In this document: piece after piece, positions 11,437-22,824 of the stretch
Layout of the letters: the number at the start of each line of letters is the position of its first letter
Position numbering within the stretch: the first letter of the stretch is position 1
Source: an uncultured Verrucomicrobiales bacterium
Lineage (GTDB): Bacteria; Verrucomicrobiota; Verrucomicrobiia; Verrucomicrobiales; DEV007
Assembly: GCA_938091905.1 (NCBI GenBank)
Contig: CALKOM010000031.1
Location: 1 to 36,728 of the forward strand
Length of the DNA: 36,728 bases
Direction: 5' to 3'
Notes under the pieces: model-generated
The model's database searches: none
What the model was told of the DNA's origin: nothing
The model's input: the letters and a program-made list of their open reading frames with translations, nothing else
Translations under genes and position numbers: made by a program

Positions 11437-12681
11437 ATGCCGAATTTTAACTACACTGCCATCGATGGCCAGGGCAACGAGACCAATGGGGTTCTTGCCG
11501 CTGACTCGAATACCCAGGCGATTGAAATGCTGAAAGGCAACGGCCTTTATCCCACGCAAGTGGTTGAAGAAGGGGTCGGAGTCAAAGGGAAGAAAGGGAA
11601 GAAGGCGAAGCGCGTTAAAGTCAAGACCGGCGGTAGCATTAAGACAAAGATCTTGATGATCTTTACGCGTCAGTTGGCCACGCTGATTGATTCTGGCCTT
11701 CCTCTCCTCCGCAGTCTTACAGTTCTTGGCAAGCAGGAGCCAAATCCAATACTCAAGAACACGATCATGACTCTAGCGGATTCCGTGCAATCGGGTTCTA
11801 CCTTCTCAGAGAGTCTTGCCGCGCACCCGAAGATTTTTAACAAGCTTTACATCAACATGGTCAAAGCCGGAGAGCTTGGTGGTGTGTTGGAGGTCGTTCT
11901 CAATCGTCTAGCAGAATACCAAGAGAAGGCGCAGAAGCTGAAAAATAAGATTGTCGCGGCTATGGTCTATCCGGTCATCGTGATGTTCATTGCTGTGGCT
12001 ATCATGGCATTCTTGATGCTCTTCATCGTGCCGAAATTTAAGGTCATCTTTGATGAGATGCTCGGTGGTCAGAAGCTGCCGTGGCTTACGGAGATGGTTA
12101 CTGGCTTTAGTTCGAACTTCGCCAAGTATTGGTGGGCCGTCCTGTTAGGGGCCATTGTCATCTTTCTGCTCTACAAAGTAATATCGTCAACCAAGGCTGG
12201 CCGTTATGCGATTGATAGCTTCAAACTGAAGATGCCACTCTTTGGTAACGTTCAGCGGAAGAGCGCCATCTCGCGTTTCGCTCGGACATTGGGAACGCTG
12301 GTGACTTCTGGTGTGCCTATCCTTCAGGCCCTCAATATTACTCGTGACACCGCTGGTAATGTGGTCATTTCCACTGCTATCGACCGTGTCCATGAGAGCG
12401 TCAAAGAAGGTGAGTCTATCGTGGCTCCTCTGGAAGCCAGTAAGGTTTTTCCTCCGATGGTCATCAGTATGGTGGACGTTGGTGAGGAAACCGGCCAGCT
12501 TCCCGAGATGCTTCTGAAGATCGCGGACGTCTATGACGATGAGGTGGATAATGCCGTCGCTGCACTGACCTCGATGCTTGAGCCGATCATGATCGTCTTG
12601 CTGGCCTTGGTGGTCGGAACAATCGTCTTGGCTCTCTTCCTGCCGCTCGTGAAGATCATCTCCACGCTGAACTCCGGCTAG
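11437..12681 (+). CDS. pilC: Type II secretion system F / type IV pilus platform protein PilC
   Basis: FTRQLATLIDSGLPLL, MVKAGELGGVLEVVLNRLA, AMVYPVIV, GEETGQLPEML and LEPIMIV, with three TM segments. Confidence 0.93.
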   Translation: MPNFNYTAIDGQGNETNGVLAADSNTQAIEMLKGNGLYPTQVVEEGVGVKGKKGKKAKRVKVKTGGSIKTKILMIFTRQLATLIDSGLPLLRSLTVLGKQEPNPILKNTIMTLADSVQSGSTFSESLAAHPKIFNKLYINMVKAGELGGVLEVVLNRLAEYQEKAQKLKNKIVAAMVYPVIVMFIAVAIMAFLMLFIVPKFKVIFDEMLGGQKLPWLTEMVTGFSSNFAKYWWAVLLGAIVIFLLYKVISSTKAGRYAIDSFKLKMPLFGNVQRKSAISRFARTLGTLVTSGVPILQALNITRDTAGNVVISTAIDRVHESVKEGESIVAPLEASKVFPPMVISMVDVGEETGQLPEMLLKIADVYDDEVDNAVAALTSMLEPIMIVLLALVVGTIVLALFLPLVKIISTLNSG

Positions 12682-12697
12682 AACCGGTTGCGGCTGA

Positions 12698-12726
12698 TTG
12701 AAACGAATCCAGATCTGGAGTAGAGT
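12698..12726 (+). promoter_or_regulatory. Putative internal sigma70 promoter for the major (pseudo)pilin
   Basis: TTGAAA (12698-12703)-17 nt-TAGAGT (12721-12726) in the pilC-pilin gap. Confidence 0.6.
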
Positions 12727-12753
12727 CGCAAAGCCGCTATAACGTTAACGCTT

Positions 12754-13329
12754 ATGAAATTGCCTATTTCTATTAACCGGAACAACAAGAGCCGTCGTGG
12801 TTTCACCATGATCGAGCTGCTCGTGGTGATCTCGATCATTGCCGTGCTCGCGGGATTGGTCGCGGCAGTAGCCTCGGGTGCTTCAGCTGCCTCGAAGCGC
12901 AAGAAAGCCCAAGGTCAGATCATTGCCGTTCAGGAAGCTATCGAGGCTTACAAGAATGAGTACGGTAATTATCCCCGCCCTGTGGGTGGCACGGATGATC
13001 CAGTCACTGTTGCCAAGATGCTCTATCAGGCCGTCACTGGTGATGGCACCAATATGATCGATGGTGCAGAGCCGACTGCCTCTGACGGAAATCCAGGCAC
13101 TGATGGTGAGTTCTTCCTCGAAGCTGCTTTCCATAACGGTGGCAAGTCGTCGTTCACTAACAAAGATTACTATCTCATGGATCCGTGGCGGCAGCCCTAC
13201 AACTATGAGAGAGGTGATGAGCACTCGCAGACGATGAATCCCACGACCTTTGATCTCTGGACGGAGGCGACGAATCGCCCGGACCAGGATGACGATGAGG
13301 ATGTTTGGATTTCCAATTGGAATCAGTAA
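12754..13329 (+). CDS. GspG-like type IV (pseudo)pilin with class III signal peptide
   Basis: Basic leader ending RRG|FTMIELLVVISII, AIEAYKNEYGNYP, DPWRQPYNY, FDLW and an acidic C-terminal ISNW motif. Confidence 0.93.
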   Translation: MKLPISINRNNKSRRGFTMIELLVVISIIAVLAGLVAAVASGASAASKRKKAQGQIIAVQEAIEAYKNEYGNYPRPVGGTDDPVTVAKMLYQAVTGDGTNMIDGAEPTASDGNPGTDGEFFLEAAFHNGGKSSFTNKDYYLMDPWRQPYNYERGDEHSQTMNPTTFDLWTEATNRPDQDDDEDVWISNWNQ

Positions 13330-13842
13330 TTTTTCCTAACAAGTCGAAATGATTTAGAGCGCCGCTCGCGAGTAACTTCGCCAGCGGCGTTTCTGTGTTC
13401 AACTTCGAGGCTCCGTTGGTCATCGTTTTTTTAGAGCTGTGGTCGCGGGCATCCCAGATCCCATTTTATGAGTCAGCATCCCGCTTTCAAGCGTCACTCA
13501 CTTGTCTGGTGGGTTCTTCTTATCAGCTTTCTAGTTTTCGGTGTGCCTAGGATCTATGACAAGATTTCTCGGGACGTCGTCAAATCCCAAGGAGAGTCGA
13601 TGGGTGCCAAGCGCAATAAAGCTCAGGGTCAGATCATGGCGGTCCAGGAAGCCCTTGAGGCTTACAAGAATGAGTACGGTAATTATCCCCGTCCTGTGGG
13701 CGGCACGGATGATCCAGTCACCGTTGCCAAGATGCTCTATCAGGCCGTCACTGGTGATGGCACCGACATGATCGATGGTGCGAGTCCAACCACTTCGGAT
13801 GGAAATCCAGGCACCGATGGTGAGTTCTTCCTCGAGGCGGCT
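12895..13842 (+). repeat. Direct repeat (714-bp offset) between the two pilin genes; core 12943-13050 matches 13657-13764
   Basis: Manual alignment: 105/108 nt identical in the core. Flanks show about 9/48 (upstream) and 15/78 (downstream) mismatches. Confidence 0.95.
13356..13394 (+). terminator. Probable terminator hairpin between the two pilin genes
   Basis: AGAGCGCCGCT-CGCGAG-TAAC-TTCGC-C-AGCGGCGTTTCT forms a long GC-rich stem followed by a T-rich sequence. Confidence 0.7.
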
Positions 13843-14037
13843 ATCCGTGGCCGCGGCCAGTCGTCGTTAACCCACGAAGATTTCTACCTCATGGACCCAT
13901 GGGGAATTCCATTTGGTTATCGTCGTGGGAATGAAAGCTCCGATACTCACAATACAACCACCTTTGACCTGTGGTCTCACGGTGCAGTCATTCCTGGCGA
14001 TGATGCGAAGCTATGGATCGCGAATTGGCGGCAATGA
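13468..14037 (+). CDS. GspG-like pilin globular-domain paralogue with a non-canonical N-terminal membrane anchor
   Basis: Homologous to 12754..13329 from KRxKAQGQ onward (DPWG, FDLW, IANW). The N-terminus has a hydrophobic stretch but no G|FTxxE cleavage motif. Confidence 0.85.
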   Translation: MSQHPAFKRHSLVWWVLLISFLVFGVPRIYDKISRDVVKSQGESMGAKRNKAQGQIMAVQEALEAYKNEYGNYPRPVGGTDDPVTVAKMLYQAVTGDGTDMIDGASPTTSDGNPGTDGEFFLEAAIRGRGQSSLTHEDFYLMDPWGIPFGYRRGNESSDTHNTTTFDLWSHGAVIPGDDAKLWIANWRQ

Positions 14038-14091
14038 TAGTTGACCTAGAGTTTGCGCTTACCATTTTGCCTAGTGATTTCTCAGAGTTTT

Positions 14092-15420
14092 TTAGAAGGC
14101 GTATCCGTTAGGAAGAGGCGGTTCACCGGCCACCTCCAAGGCAAAGAGAGGTGTAAGTTCGGTCGCTTGGAAGCCTTCGGTGATCGAGCCTCGGTATGCT
14201 TGACCGCCATAACCGTGTGAATTCATATGAGCGCGAATCCAGACTGTTTGATCGGCGGCTAGGGCAAAGGATCCAGATCGGACAAAGGGCTGCTCATTGA
14301 CATGGCTATGGGCAAGAATGCGTCGGTAAAGAAGATTGCCTTCTTCATCCAGAATCTCCCACCAATCCGCATACGGCTCGCACCCGGTTTCTGGGCTTCG
14401 GGTGCCGACAGAGATGGAGCTGCTGGTGGCCGTGACTGAGATGACATCCGCGGTGATGGCTTCTGCTTGCTCAAAGAGGCGGTAGAACGCTTGGCGATCG
14501 GTCGATAGGTCAATCGGTGCGCTAGAGGGCATTTCCTCAATCACCGTCAGCCCCTGCCAGGTCATGAGATCGTTGGAACGCTCGAGGAGTTGTAGCGAGT
14601 CACCTGGGTTCACGCTTAGCTCAGTAGAAGTGACACGTATCTCTACTGGTACTACAGATATTTCAAGAAAGGGTGCTAAGAAGGCTTCGACCTCTCGCCA
14701 GGCCGTTTTGTTGTCAGTGGTCGTTGCCCAAAGCGTGCTTGAGCCGTGGCGGCCAACTGTGGACAGGCAAAAGGTGGTCAACGGAGTTTCTGGAGGCACG
14801 TTGCTGAACGATGGCGGCGTAATTGTTCGCCTCAGAGCGAGCTGAAGTGATGAAGGTGGGCACGGTCAAGTTGATCACGGCTTTCTGGATCAACTGACGA
14901 TCTGGGAAGTATTCGCTTGGCGAGAAGGAGAGCACTCCGTCGGCCTGGCTAGGGTCGTCGGCAGCGACCTTGAGAATCAGCGCAGAGGAATACGAGCTGC
15001 CCCAGCTTAGGATCGGCCCTGATGTCAGGCTGATGGCATGCCGAAGGGCTGCGCGCATATTTGGGAGGGCATCGATAAAACTGGTTCCGAGGCCGTCGGC
15101 TTTGGCTTGCTGCGCCGTGTGGTTAGTCACGCCGTTGACTGCGTTGCCCGACCGTTGACCGACGGCCAGAGCTTGCAACCCGAGGTCTTGGAGTCGAGGC
15201 GCGATCTCGGGGTACTCTGTGCGGCTCCAATTTACCTGGTGGAATAATACAATGATAGGCGTTTGAGCGCGATTCGTCGTCGGGTAGAAATCAGCCGTGA
15301 CGGACAGATTATCTTCGGATGGAAACGTGACCGCTTCGAGGGGCTCCATGCCAGCCGATGTGAGCGCATTGAGAGCCAGCAAGAGGAGGCCAACGAAGAC
15401 TGAAGAGGTCTGGATTTCAT
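14092..15420 (-). pseudogene. Frameshifted secreted alpha/beta-hydrolase fused to a linker domain and a conserved domain of unknown function
   Basis: ORFs 14714..15454 and 14092..14799 join if one base at about 14809 is removed (NNYAAI-FSNVPPE). This unites the WGSSYS nucleophile elbow with the downstream HGS. The likely true ATG at 15420 is also out of frame with the signal peptide. Confidence 0.8.
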
Positions 15421-15436
15421 GGGCGTGCGTGAGAAG

Positions 15437-15465
15437 AAGCTGATGTGGCCGCATGCTCGCAGCAA
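15437..15465 (-). promoter_or_regulatory. Putative sigma70 promoter of the hydrolase gene
   Basis: Minus strand TTGCTG-17 nt-CAGCTT, 16 nt before ATG 15420. Confidence 0.4.
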
Positions 15466-15528
15466 TGAGGGTTTAACCTTCTGGAAATTACGAAAAGCCT
15501 TAGAGATGACGCGATGATCACGCCCTAA

Positions 15529-18207
<2,679 letters not shown>

Positions 18208-18244
18208 CAAACTTTCTTATTAACCGAACGAATCTGGTTTCCCT

Positions 18245-20896
18245 GTGAGCGAACACTCTGACGATAGCATTGCCCCGATTAACGTGGCTGACGAGATGTC
18301 GAAGTCCTTCTTGGATTATTCGATGTCTGTCATCATTTCCCGTGCCCTTCCTGATGCACGTGATGGTCTCAAGCCTTCCCAACGTCGCCTTCTTTATGCG
18401 ATGTACAACGACTTGAGCTTGGGGCCTAGCAAAGCCCACCTCAAGTGCGCCCGTATTGTCGGGGATACCATGGGTAAGTATCATCCACATGGTGATGGTG
18501 CCATTTATCCTACGCTTGTGAACATGGCTCAGCCATGGTCGATGCGAGAGATCCTCGTCGAAGGCCAGGGTAACTTTGGTTCGGTCGAGGGCGATCCTCC
18601 CGCTGCCATGCGTTACACGGAAGCCCGTCTGACTCATCTTGGTGTGTCGTTGATGAACGATATGGACAAGGATACGGTCGACTTTGTGCCTAACTACGAT
18701 GGCACGAGAACCGAGCCGAGCGTCCTTCCTGCTGCTTTCCCTAACTTGTTGATCAACGGTGGCACGGGTATTGCCGTTGGTATGGCGACAAATATTCCGC
18801 CACACAATCTCAGCGAAGTGATCGATGCGCTTTGTGCGCAAATCGAGAATCCCAAGATCACGGTGGATGAGATTAACACCCACATTAAGGGCCCTGATTT
18901 TCCGACTGGTTGTACTATTCTTGGCTTCAATGGTATTCGCAACTACATGCGGACTGGTCGCGGTAGTGTGAAGGCCCGTGGTCGTGCCACGATCGAGACG
19001 CTTCCTAGTAATCGCGATCAGATCATCATCACGGAGATCCCTTACAACGTGAACCGCGCAACCTTGGTCGAGCGTATCGCGGAGTTGGTGAATCAGAAAG
19101 TGCTGCCCGAGATCAGCGCGGTGCGCGATGAGTCGGATGAGAACACGCGGGTGGTCATCGACCTCAAGCGCGATGCCCGTTCCCAGGTTGTTCTCAACAA
19201 CCTCTACAAGCACACGCAGCTGGAGACGTCGTTCTCCACGAATATGCTGGCGATCGATAATCGCCGTCCGAAACTGCTCAATATTAAGGACGCTCTGACC
19301 TGCTTCCTGGAGCACCGCCGCGAAGTTATCATACGCCGCACGCGTTACCTCTTGGGCAAAGCCGAAGATCGTGCCGAAGTTCTTGAAGCGTATCTATTAG
19401 CCATTGCGAATCTCGATGATTTTATCAAGATCATCCGCAATTCGGCCAACCGAGACGAGGCGCGCGAGAAAATCAAAGCCTACCGGTTCACGACCGAAGC
19501 CGCCGAAGCGCTGGGCATCCTCATTCGAGGCCAACCTAGCATTGAAGGAGGCGAATACGTCTTCACCGATCGTCAGGTCAACTCTATCCTTGAGTTGCGT
19601 CTTTATCAATTGACCGCTCTTGAGCGCGACAAGATCAAGGATGAGTATGATAAGGTGCTAGACGAGATTAAGGACTTGCTAGACATCCTTGCCAAAGAGG
19701 TCCGTGTGCTCGCGATCATCAAGGAAGAACTCCTTGAGGTGAAAGAGAAGTATGGTTCACCTCGTAAGACGGACATCGTTCCTGATGAAGGTGAGATCAA
19801 CATCGAGGATCTCATTGCCAACGAGTCGACGATCATCACGATCAGTCATCGTGGCTTCATCAAGCGCACGCCTGCAGTCGATTACCGCACGCAAGGGCGT
19901 GGCGGCAAGGGACTTAAAGGTATGGAGACACGCGATGCACAGACGGAGGAGGAGGAGTCAGATTTCGTCGAACATCTCTTCTCCGGCACGGCTCACGACT
20001 ATCTCTTGTTCTTCACGAACACGGGCCGCCTCTTCGTCGAACGCGTTTACGTCATCCCAGAAATGGCCCGCACGGCCAAAGGACGATCGATCAAGAACCT
20101 CCTCGATTTGCGTGAAAACGAGAAGATCGCCTCCGTGCTGCGTCTTGAAGCCGTCCTCGAAGACGAAGGCGACAAGACGTGGGAGCAAGAGGGGTTCATC
20201 CTCTTCGCTACCCGCGCTGGCACGGTCAAGAAGACCGCCCTAGTAGACTACAAGAATTACCGTAAAGGTGGCCTCAATGCGATCACGATCGAGGAAGGCA
20301 ATGAACTCATCGGTGTGCGCCTTACCACGGGCGAAGACGACATCTGTCTCGTCACCCGCGATGGTCTCTGTGTAAGAACGAGTGAGAGTACGATCCGCTC
20401 CATGGGACGCACTGCCAAGGGTGTCGCCGGCATCCGACCACGTGGCGAAGACTACGTTGTTTCCCTAACGATTGTCGATAAATCTGCCCAGTTCCTCGTC
20501 GCCTCCGAGAAAGGCCTTGGCAAACGAACCCCGTTTGATGATTACCCAACGAAAGGTCGAGGTGGTAAAGGTCTCATCACCATGAAGACGACGGATCGGA
20601 CCGGCAAAGTCGCTGGCGCCATCGCCGTTCTCGAAGACGATGATGTCATGCTCATGACTAGCGGTGGAAAGACCGTCCGGATCAAAGCGAGTGGCATCAG
20701 CTCGATCGGTCGAAACGCTCAGGGCGTGAAACTAGTTACCCTATCAGAGGGCGAGATCATCAAAGACATCGTTCGCGTGGTTGGTGAAGATCCTGATGAT
20801 GAAGCTGCGGAAGAAGGCACCGAGGCGGAAGCTGCTGCCGAAGGTGAAGAGACCGCTGCTGCCGAGCCATCAGAAGACTCAACGGACGACGCTTAG
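18245..20896 (+). CDS. gyrA: DNA gyrase subunit A
   Basis: [19 protein letters not shown], catalytic [22 protein letters not shown], GyrA-box QGRGGKG and an acidic tail. Confidence 0.98.
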   Translation: MSEHSDDSIAPINVADEMSKSFLDYSMSVIISRALPDARDGLKPSQRRLLYAMYNDLSLGPSKAHLKCARIVGDTMGKYHPHGDGAIYPTLVNMAQPWSMREILVEGQGNFGSVEGDPPAAMRYTEARLTHLGVSLMNDMDKDTVDFVPNYDGTRTEPSVLPAAFPNLLINGGTGIAVGMATNIPPHNLSEVIDALCAQIENPKITVDEINTHIKGPDFPTGCTILGFNGIRNYMRTGRGSVKARGRATIETLPSNRDQIIITEIPYNVNRATLVERIAELVNQKVLPEISAVRDESDENTRVVIDLKRDARSQVVLNNLYKHTQLETSFSTNMLAIDNRRPKLLNIKDALTCFLEHRREVIIRRTRYLLGKAEDRAEVLEAYLLAIANLDDFIKIIRNSANRDEAREKIKAYRFTTEAAEALGILIRGQPSIEGGEYVFTDRQVNSILELRLYQLTALERDKIKDEYDKVLDEIKDLLDILAKEVRVLAIIKEELLEVKEKYGSPRKTDIVPDEGEINIEDLIANESTIITISHRGFIKRTPAVDYRTQGRGGKGLKGMETRDAQTEEEESDFVEHLFSGTAHDYLLFFTNTGRLFVERVYVIPEMARTAKGRSIKNLLDLRENEKIASVLRLEAVLEDEGDKTWEQEGFILFATRAGTVKKTALVDYKNYRKGGLNAITIEEGNELIGVRLTTGEDDICLVTRDGLCVRTSESTIRSMGRTAKGVAGIRPRGEDYVVSLTIVDKSAQFLVASEKGLGKRTPFDDYPTKGRGGKGLITMKTTDRTGKVAGAIAVLEDDDVMLMTSGGKTVRIKASGISSIGRNAQGVKLVTLSEGEIIKDIVRVVGEDPDDEAAEEGTEAEAAAEGEETAAAEPSEDSTDDA

Positions 20897-20989
20897 CTAG
20901 AGCCTTCAAGTTACTCTGCATCTGACCAGCGTAGGCGGAACCATGAAGCGCGCTCGGCGCTGAGGTAAACCCACCACGCCCTTTCGTTA

Positions 20990-22770
20990 GCAACTCGAAT
21001 GGGGGGCAGTCAGTATCTCCTTCGATGTTGGCGAATACTGGCAGTTGCGTCTCCCCTTGATTGCTGATCGTGACCGTGCGTGTGATAGGTGCGGCGAGAT
21101 TAGACGATCCGAAATTGATAGATCAAAAACTAGCGCGAAAGCCAGCAATGCGATCATCAGGCTCGTAACCCCACTCTAGTCGGCCGCTGGCCGTGATAAC
21201 GCCAGGCATTCTGATGTCCTCATGCAAACCAGCGTTTCAGCAGACACGCCCATTGGATTCGATGTGCAATGCTGAAGGTACGCCGCCTGCTGAACTAATG
21301 GTGAGGGTCTTCCCGTGAGGGTGGTTTGGCAATGTTGTGAGTTGTACGCCACTGGGAATGTTAACTCGTCGATAGGTTCTGCCCAGCAGTGCCGATGGCG
21401 ACGAGAATCTCTCCGTTGGTGTTGCGTGAATTGAGTTTGCTCTGGAGTGTTAGGCTCGCGTTCCACGGAGCTTCCGTAGAAAAGCTGAAGGCCTCATCGA
21501 CCGAGGAGCCGTGGACGGTCAAGGCCAGGTTGTCTCCCAGGATCGGTGTGGTGATCTTGGCAGGTTCCAGCATCACGCTGACGGCTGAGGCGGCCGTGTT
21601 TATTTGAATAGCTTGAAAGCTCCCTTGCAATTCACTCGCTACACCGAGTGGTTCTAGACTTACCGATGAAACCAGGGTTACAGGATCTACCCCCCTCGAA
21701 ACTCAAATAGGGCCAGGTTGATGTCCGGTCCACTATCGAAGGCTATCTCGATAGTCCCAACAGAGAAGAGTGGAGGCCTTCACCCGGCGTGATGCCCAGT
21801 TCCGCATTGTTCACCGTAATCAGGTTGAGAAAACACAGTCTGGCCTGTGTAGCGATGGTGCCGCAATGTTTCGCCAATGTGAGAGGGTTGGCGCCTACGG
21901 CGCCAGGGTCATAACATGGGGAGTAGTCGGCCAGGCTGGCATTTGTAGAGCTTTCGGGCGCAATCAGATCTCTATTCCATCTGGGACTCAGAAATTGTTT
22001 ACGTTCACTTTTAGCGAAGCCGTGGGCATTTTGCTGTCGAGGTTACTTTGGAACTCTGCAAGGAACGGCAGCATCGCAGCTGGACTGGTATTGTTTGCGA
22101 TTAAGTCGTTGAGATTGACTTGGAGTTTCATGAAGCACTCTTCAATTGGGCGCGGGGGCGCCTTTTTGTCTACGAATTCGAGATTGACCGAGTCAACAAA
22201 GCCCGTCATTCACGTATGCTCCGGAACTCCAGCCACAATCTCGAAGCAGCCTTTCGTGCCTTTGGTTGAGTCCGGGGCGAACGCCGTGACCTCCGCATCA
22301 GCGATGCGAATACCTAACAGGCCCCATGAAGATAGCCCGAGAGAAACGTTTCTTCGAGAAAACACAAGCCACCTGTATCAACAATACTGCTGTCGAAGCT
22401 CATGACAGCTTCAAGCAATTCGCCAATGGAGAGGGAAGTACCGGTTTCTGGATCGATGAAGATCGGAGGATTAGGCGCAATTGTGTAGAAGGCCATGCTG
22501 CCCACCTTGGTGCTCTGCAGAAGGTGGTTCGAAACGAAATCGAGCTCTGTAGTCAGTCGCTCTAACGGAGGTAGCGTCGTGTCTAGCAACGTGAAAAGCG
22601 ACGTCGGTGGGGCGTCGACAATCGCTTTGGGCACGCTTTGCCCAGCGCCACCAGCAGGCGGTTTGCGGTGCCTATCTCTGCGATCAAGAGGTCGTCGAGT
22701 GGATTTGAACGCACTTCGGTGGCGGGAGTTGCGTCAGTGGTCACCGCGTGGTAAATCCGGAATCTGTCTG
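20990..22770 (-). pseudogene. Decayed remnant of a large surface/secreted protein gene, including an ASH/choice-of-anchor-D-like Ig domain fragment
   Basis: Collinear minus-strand protein-like fragments (22634-22314, about 22325-21988, about 21960-21750, 21630-21361, about 21122-20990) are broken by stops and frameshifts. The last reads SINFGSSNLAAPITRTVTISNQGETQL. Confidence 0.6.
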
Positions 22771-22788
22771 GTGCAGGCGCACGCTTTG

Positions 22789-22817
22789 TTGACGCCTGGC
22801 CGGCAGTTTCCTAGGAT
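22789..22817 (+). promoter_or_regulatory. Putative sigma70 promoter giving a leaderless transcript
   Basis: TTGACG-17 nt-TAGGAT-7 nt-ATG (22825). Confidence 0.65.
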
Positions 22818-22824
22818 AGCGCCG

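Noticed and set aside
12943..13764. Pilin repeat as a diversity-generating retroelement TR/VR pair
   Set aside because: The three core mismatches are synonymous C/T changes in both directions, not adenine-specific in one copy, and there is no reverse transcriptase in the window.
14057..14063. GCGCTTACC-like match to the IS66 right end in the pilin/hydrolase gap
   Set aside because: Only about 9 bp match, in the same orientation, with no further IS similarity; compatible with chance.
21960..22215. In-frame TGA codons as stop-codon reassignment or selenocysteine
   Set aside because: Intact genes in the window end in TGA (14037, 25332, 36327), and the region also has frameshifts, so decay explains it.
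21770..22565. Plus-strand ORFs of 211 and 79 aa
   Set aside because: They are antisense shadows of the decayed minus-strand gene with atypical composition.
22495..22824. 110-aa N-terminal extension of the BNR/PQQ protein
   Set aside because: It precedes a clear signal peptide and overlaps both the predicted promoter and the minus-strand pseudogene.
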